Origin: Antedon mediterranea | Taxonomy: Eukaryota; Animalia; Echinodermata | Assembly (NCBI RefSeq): GCF_964355755.1 | Contig: NC_092676.1 | Coordinates: 6,053,888-6,117,887, forward strand | DNA: 64,000 nucleotides | Direction: 5' to 3' | Part shown: positions 61,688 through 64,000 of the stretch, piece after piece | Layout of the letters: each line of letters starts with the position of its first letter | How positions within the stretch are numbered: position 1 is the first letter of the stretch | Translations under genes and position numbers: made by a program | The notes under the pieces: generated by a model | Told to the model about the DNA's origin: nothing | The model's database searches: none | The model's input: the letters and a program-made list of their open reading frames with translations, nothing else

Positions 61688-64000
61688 AGATTATTACAGT
61701 TATTTAGATGATAATCAATCGTCATTTAATTAATGACTCGTCGCTTTCTTCTTCTTATCTATACTGTCGGCCTCTGTAGTACGTCTAATGAAACAGGACA
61801 TAACGAAAGCAATAGTATTAGGCCTACTGGTCTTTGACAGTTCTTCTGGTTTGGGTTTTTGCCATTCGAAAAGTTTGATTTTTCTACATCCTCTTGAGGG
61901 CGTTAGCACACCGAATGCATTAGGTGTGTGACGTAGCCAATGCATGGATATGGAAAGCCAAATCCTCCAAAAATACAATAACGAGATTACGCCAAACAAA
62001 TCACACAGCATTTTTTTATACGAATTGATTATTCATGAATTGAATGTATTTTGTATTTTGGCGAATTCGGCTTTCCATAGTTAAAATAGGGAAAGCCAAA
62101 TTGGCGAATTTAGAAGATTGATTAGTTTTTACATAATTCTATCAGAGCATGCCCTTCCTTTTAATACTTTGTTAATGCTTGCCATATGTTTTATAAACAC
62201 ATGTATATATTTTTTGCTTAGTTAAATTTACTGTATTGGTAATATAAAACATTCTTGATTTAAAACCAGTTTAAAATATTGATTTATTGCATCCCTTTCG
62301 TGTTCCCCTTAGTCCACGTGTTTTATGTTCTAGGTTCTATTAAGTACACGGCCACCAGTGATTTGATTATTAAAACAAGGACGTTGTATTTCCAAGGATA
62401 GACTTCAGAGTTTATTACGAACACACTGAATTTGAAGTTGAATTATTTTTGTTCATGAGATGGCATGTAGGCCTTGTATTAGTATAGGTATCTATATAAA
62501 TACTTAGGCACACTAAACATGCACTTATGTACGTATTCATCGAGAGGAGAGCTACTAAAGGGTGGTTGTTGGTTATCTGTCGTCTCGCGTCGCATAGTAC
62601 TGTAGTCTAGTTTCTAGACAAAAATTAGTAAAAAGATAAATATTTTGGCACATATGGCGTCTCATACGTATAATATTCGAGCTCACATTTTTTCATACAA
62701 AAATCGAAACGCCGACTGGTGGACTAGCATAAAAAGGCAATACATTATAGAATTGGGGAAAATCTAGTCGCATAGAAGTGTAGTACTGTACCAGGGTACG
62801 AAGTTTTAGAGTGAGATTATATTAAAATTTTATTTTTAGTAACAATTGAATTGATTAATCTCTCGTACGTTTATAGCTTACATTGGGGTGGGATTATACT
62901 CGAGCATTATTGTATAACGCGCGATTTAAACTTAACACGTAAAACACGTGCGCATGCACGAAGCTGGATCATCAAGGATGTACTACTGCTGTACAACCTT
63001 GTCACATGAGCTCGAGTAAATATTAATAATTATCATTTCCATTGACTTCATGCAATGCCTATTTGGCAAGAGTATATGGCAAAACGTGTCGATAATTTCA
63101 AGTTCCGTTTTGTATAAATCCACTTATTATCAAGAAAATCTGGACATTTTAATAGAAACATAAAAAGTAGCTACTAACTTAGTTTAGTCCTAGTCATTAG
63201 AATTTTTTTTTTCAATTTTGAACGTACGTTAATGTGTTTGTGTGCTGATACGAGTATAAGAGCATGTTTTAACATTATAAATGTATTTACAGTTGTGTCT
63301 GAGTGATAGGGGTTAATAAACTGAGACATCACCTAGTTCTGATATCCTACAAAAAATGTTTGTAGAAGAAGAATATAGATTCTACCTTTCAGCGTGTCTA
63401 CCAAACATACTCTAGAACTATACGTCAAATATGCTATTTTTACCTACCAAAATTGTTCATATTATGTTTCAAATTACTGCTGCGAGCAGATCTGGGGACA
63501 TAAACACACATTCAAACAAAAATTATTTAAGGGGCAACAGCTTTGAAGCAAAGGGAGGGGGATCTAAATTCAGATACATATTCTTCGTAATGTCTGGTAT
63601 ACTAATAATATAGCCATGACACTACTCGACATCGTAAATTGAACTTTTGGATTTAGTGTATGCCTACAGGGCAAAAACAAATTATATATGATGATGACCG
63701 AGACAGATTAGCGTCTCGAATATATTAGATGCTGATGATTGCAATGGTGCGACAGAGGAGAGGTGGAAGTATCCAGAACGTTGTTTGTTGCCGCAGCGAA
63801 CCGTACGGTACTATTCTATGGGCGCATATGCTGATTATGGCGCCCCATACTATATTCGATTGATTGATGATTGATTTTCACCATATTTTTTTTCCTGGTC
63901 ACAGCATTGCACTGAAAAAAAAAAAGGCTGCTATTTTCATGCAAACATGCTATAGGCCTTTTTGTAATTAGTGTACGCATTAAATTTGGTGTCAATTTTT

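Noticed and set aside
39202-64000. Short ORFs (60-148 aa) in the right third as Quaking exons or transposases
   Set aside because: No KH/Qua2, RT or DDE motifs recognised; composition is that of AT-rich non-coding DNA.

Overview
AT-rich, intron-rich animal genomic DNA, probably an invertebrate deuterostome (inferred from Deu-domain-like SINEs and vertebrate-like gene structures; not proven). I assembled four genes by hand from splice sites. (1) PACRG, minus strand, 5 coding exons, 221 aa. (2) IBTK, plus strand, 20 coding exons, about 1335 aa, head-to-head with PACRG, with one GC-AG intron and a uORF-rich leader. (3) A two-exon, TATA-driven gene for a 589-aa secreted polyprotein that I cannot assign to a family: a signal peptide followed by 12 KR-separated, Gln-initiated, Pro/Arg/acidic peptides, 7 with RGD. 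This is the most novel-looking item. (4) The first coding exon of a Quaking/STAR-family gene whose first intron appears to run past the window end. A probable terminal exon of an upstream gene lies at about 826-853. The non-coding DNA is dense in MITEs, tRNA-derived SINEs and minisatellites. It also holds a minimal hammerhead ribozyme motif, several repeat-amplified transcription-factor motif clusters (CArG, CCAAT, DR1, D-box), an orphan promoter/first exon, and a candidate antisense two-exon transcript. All calls come from reading the sequence; no searches were run.
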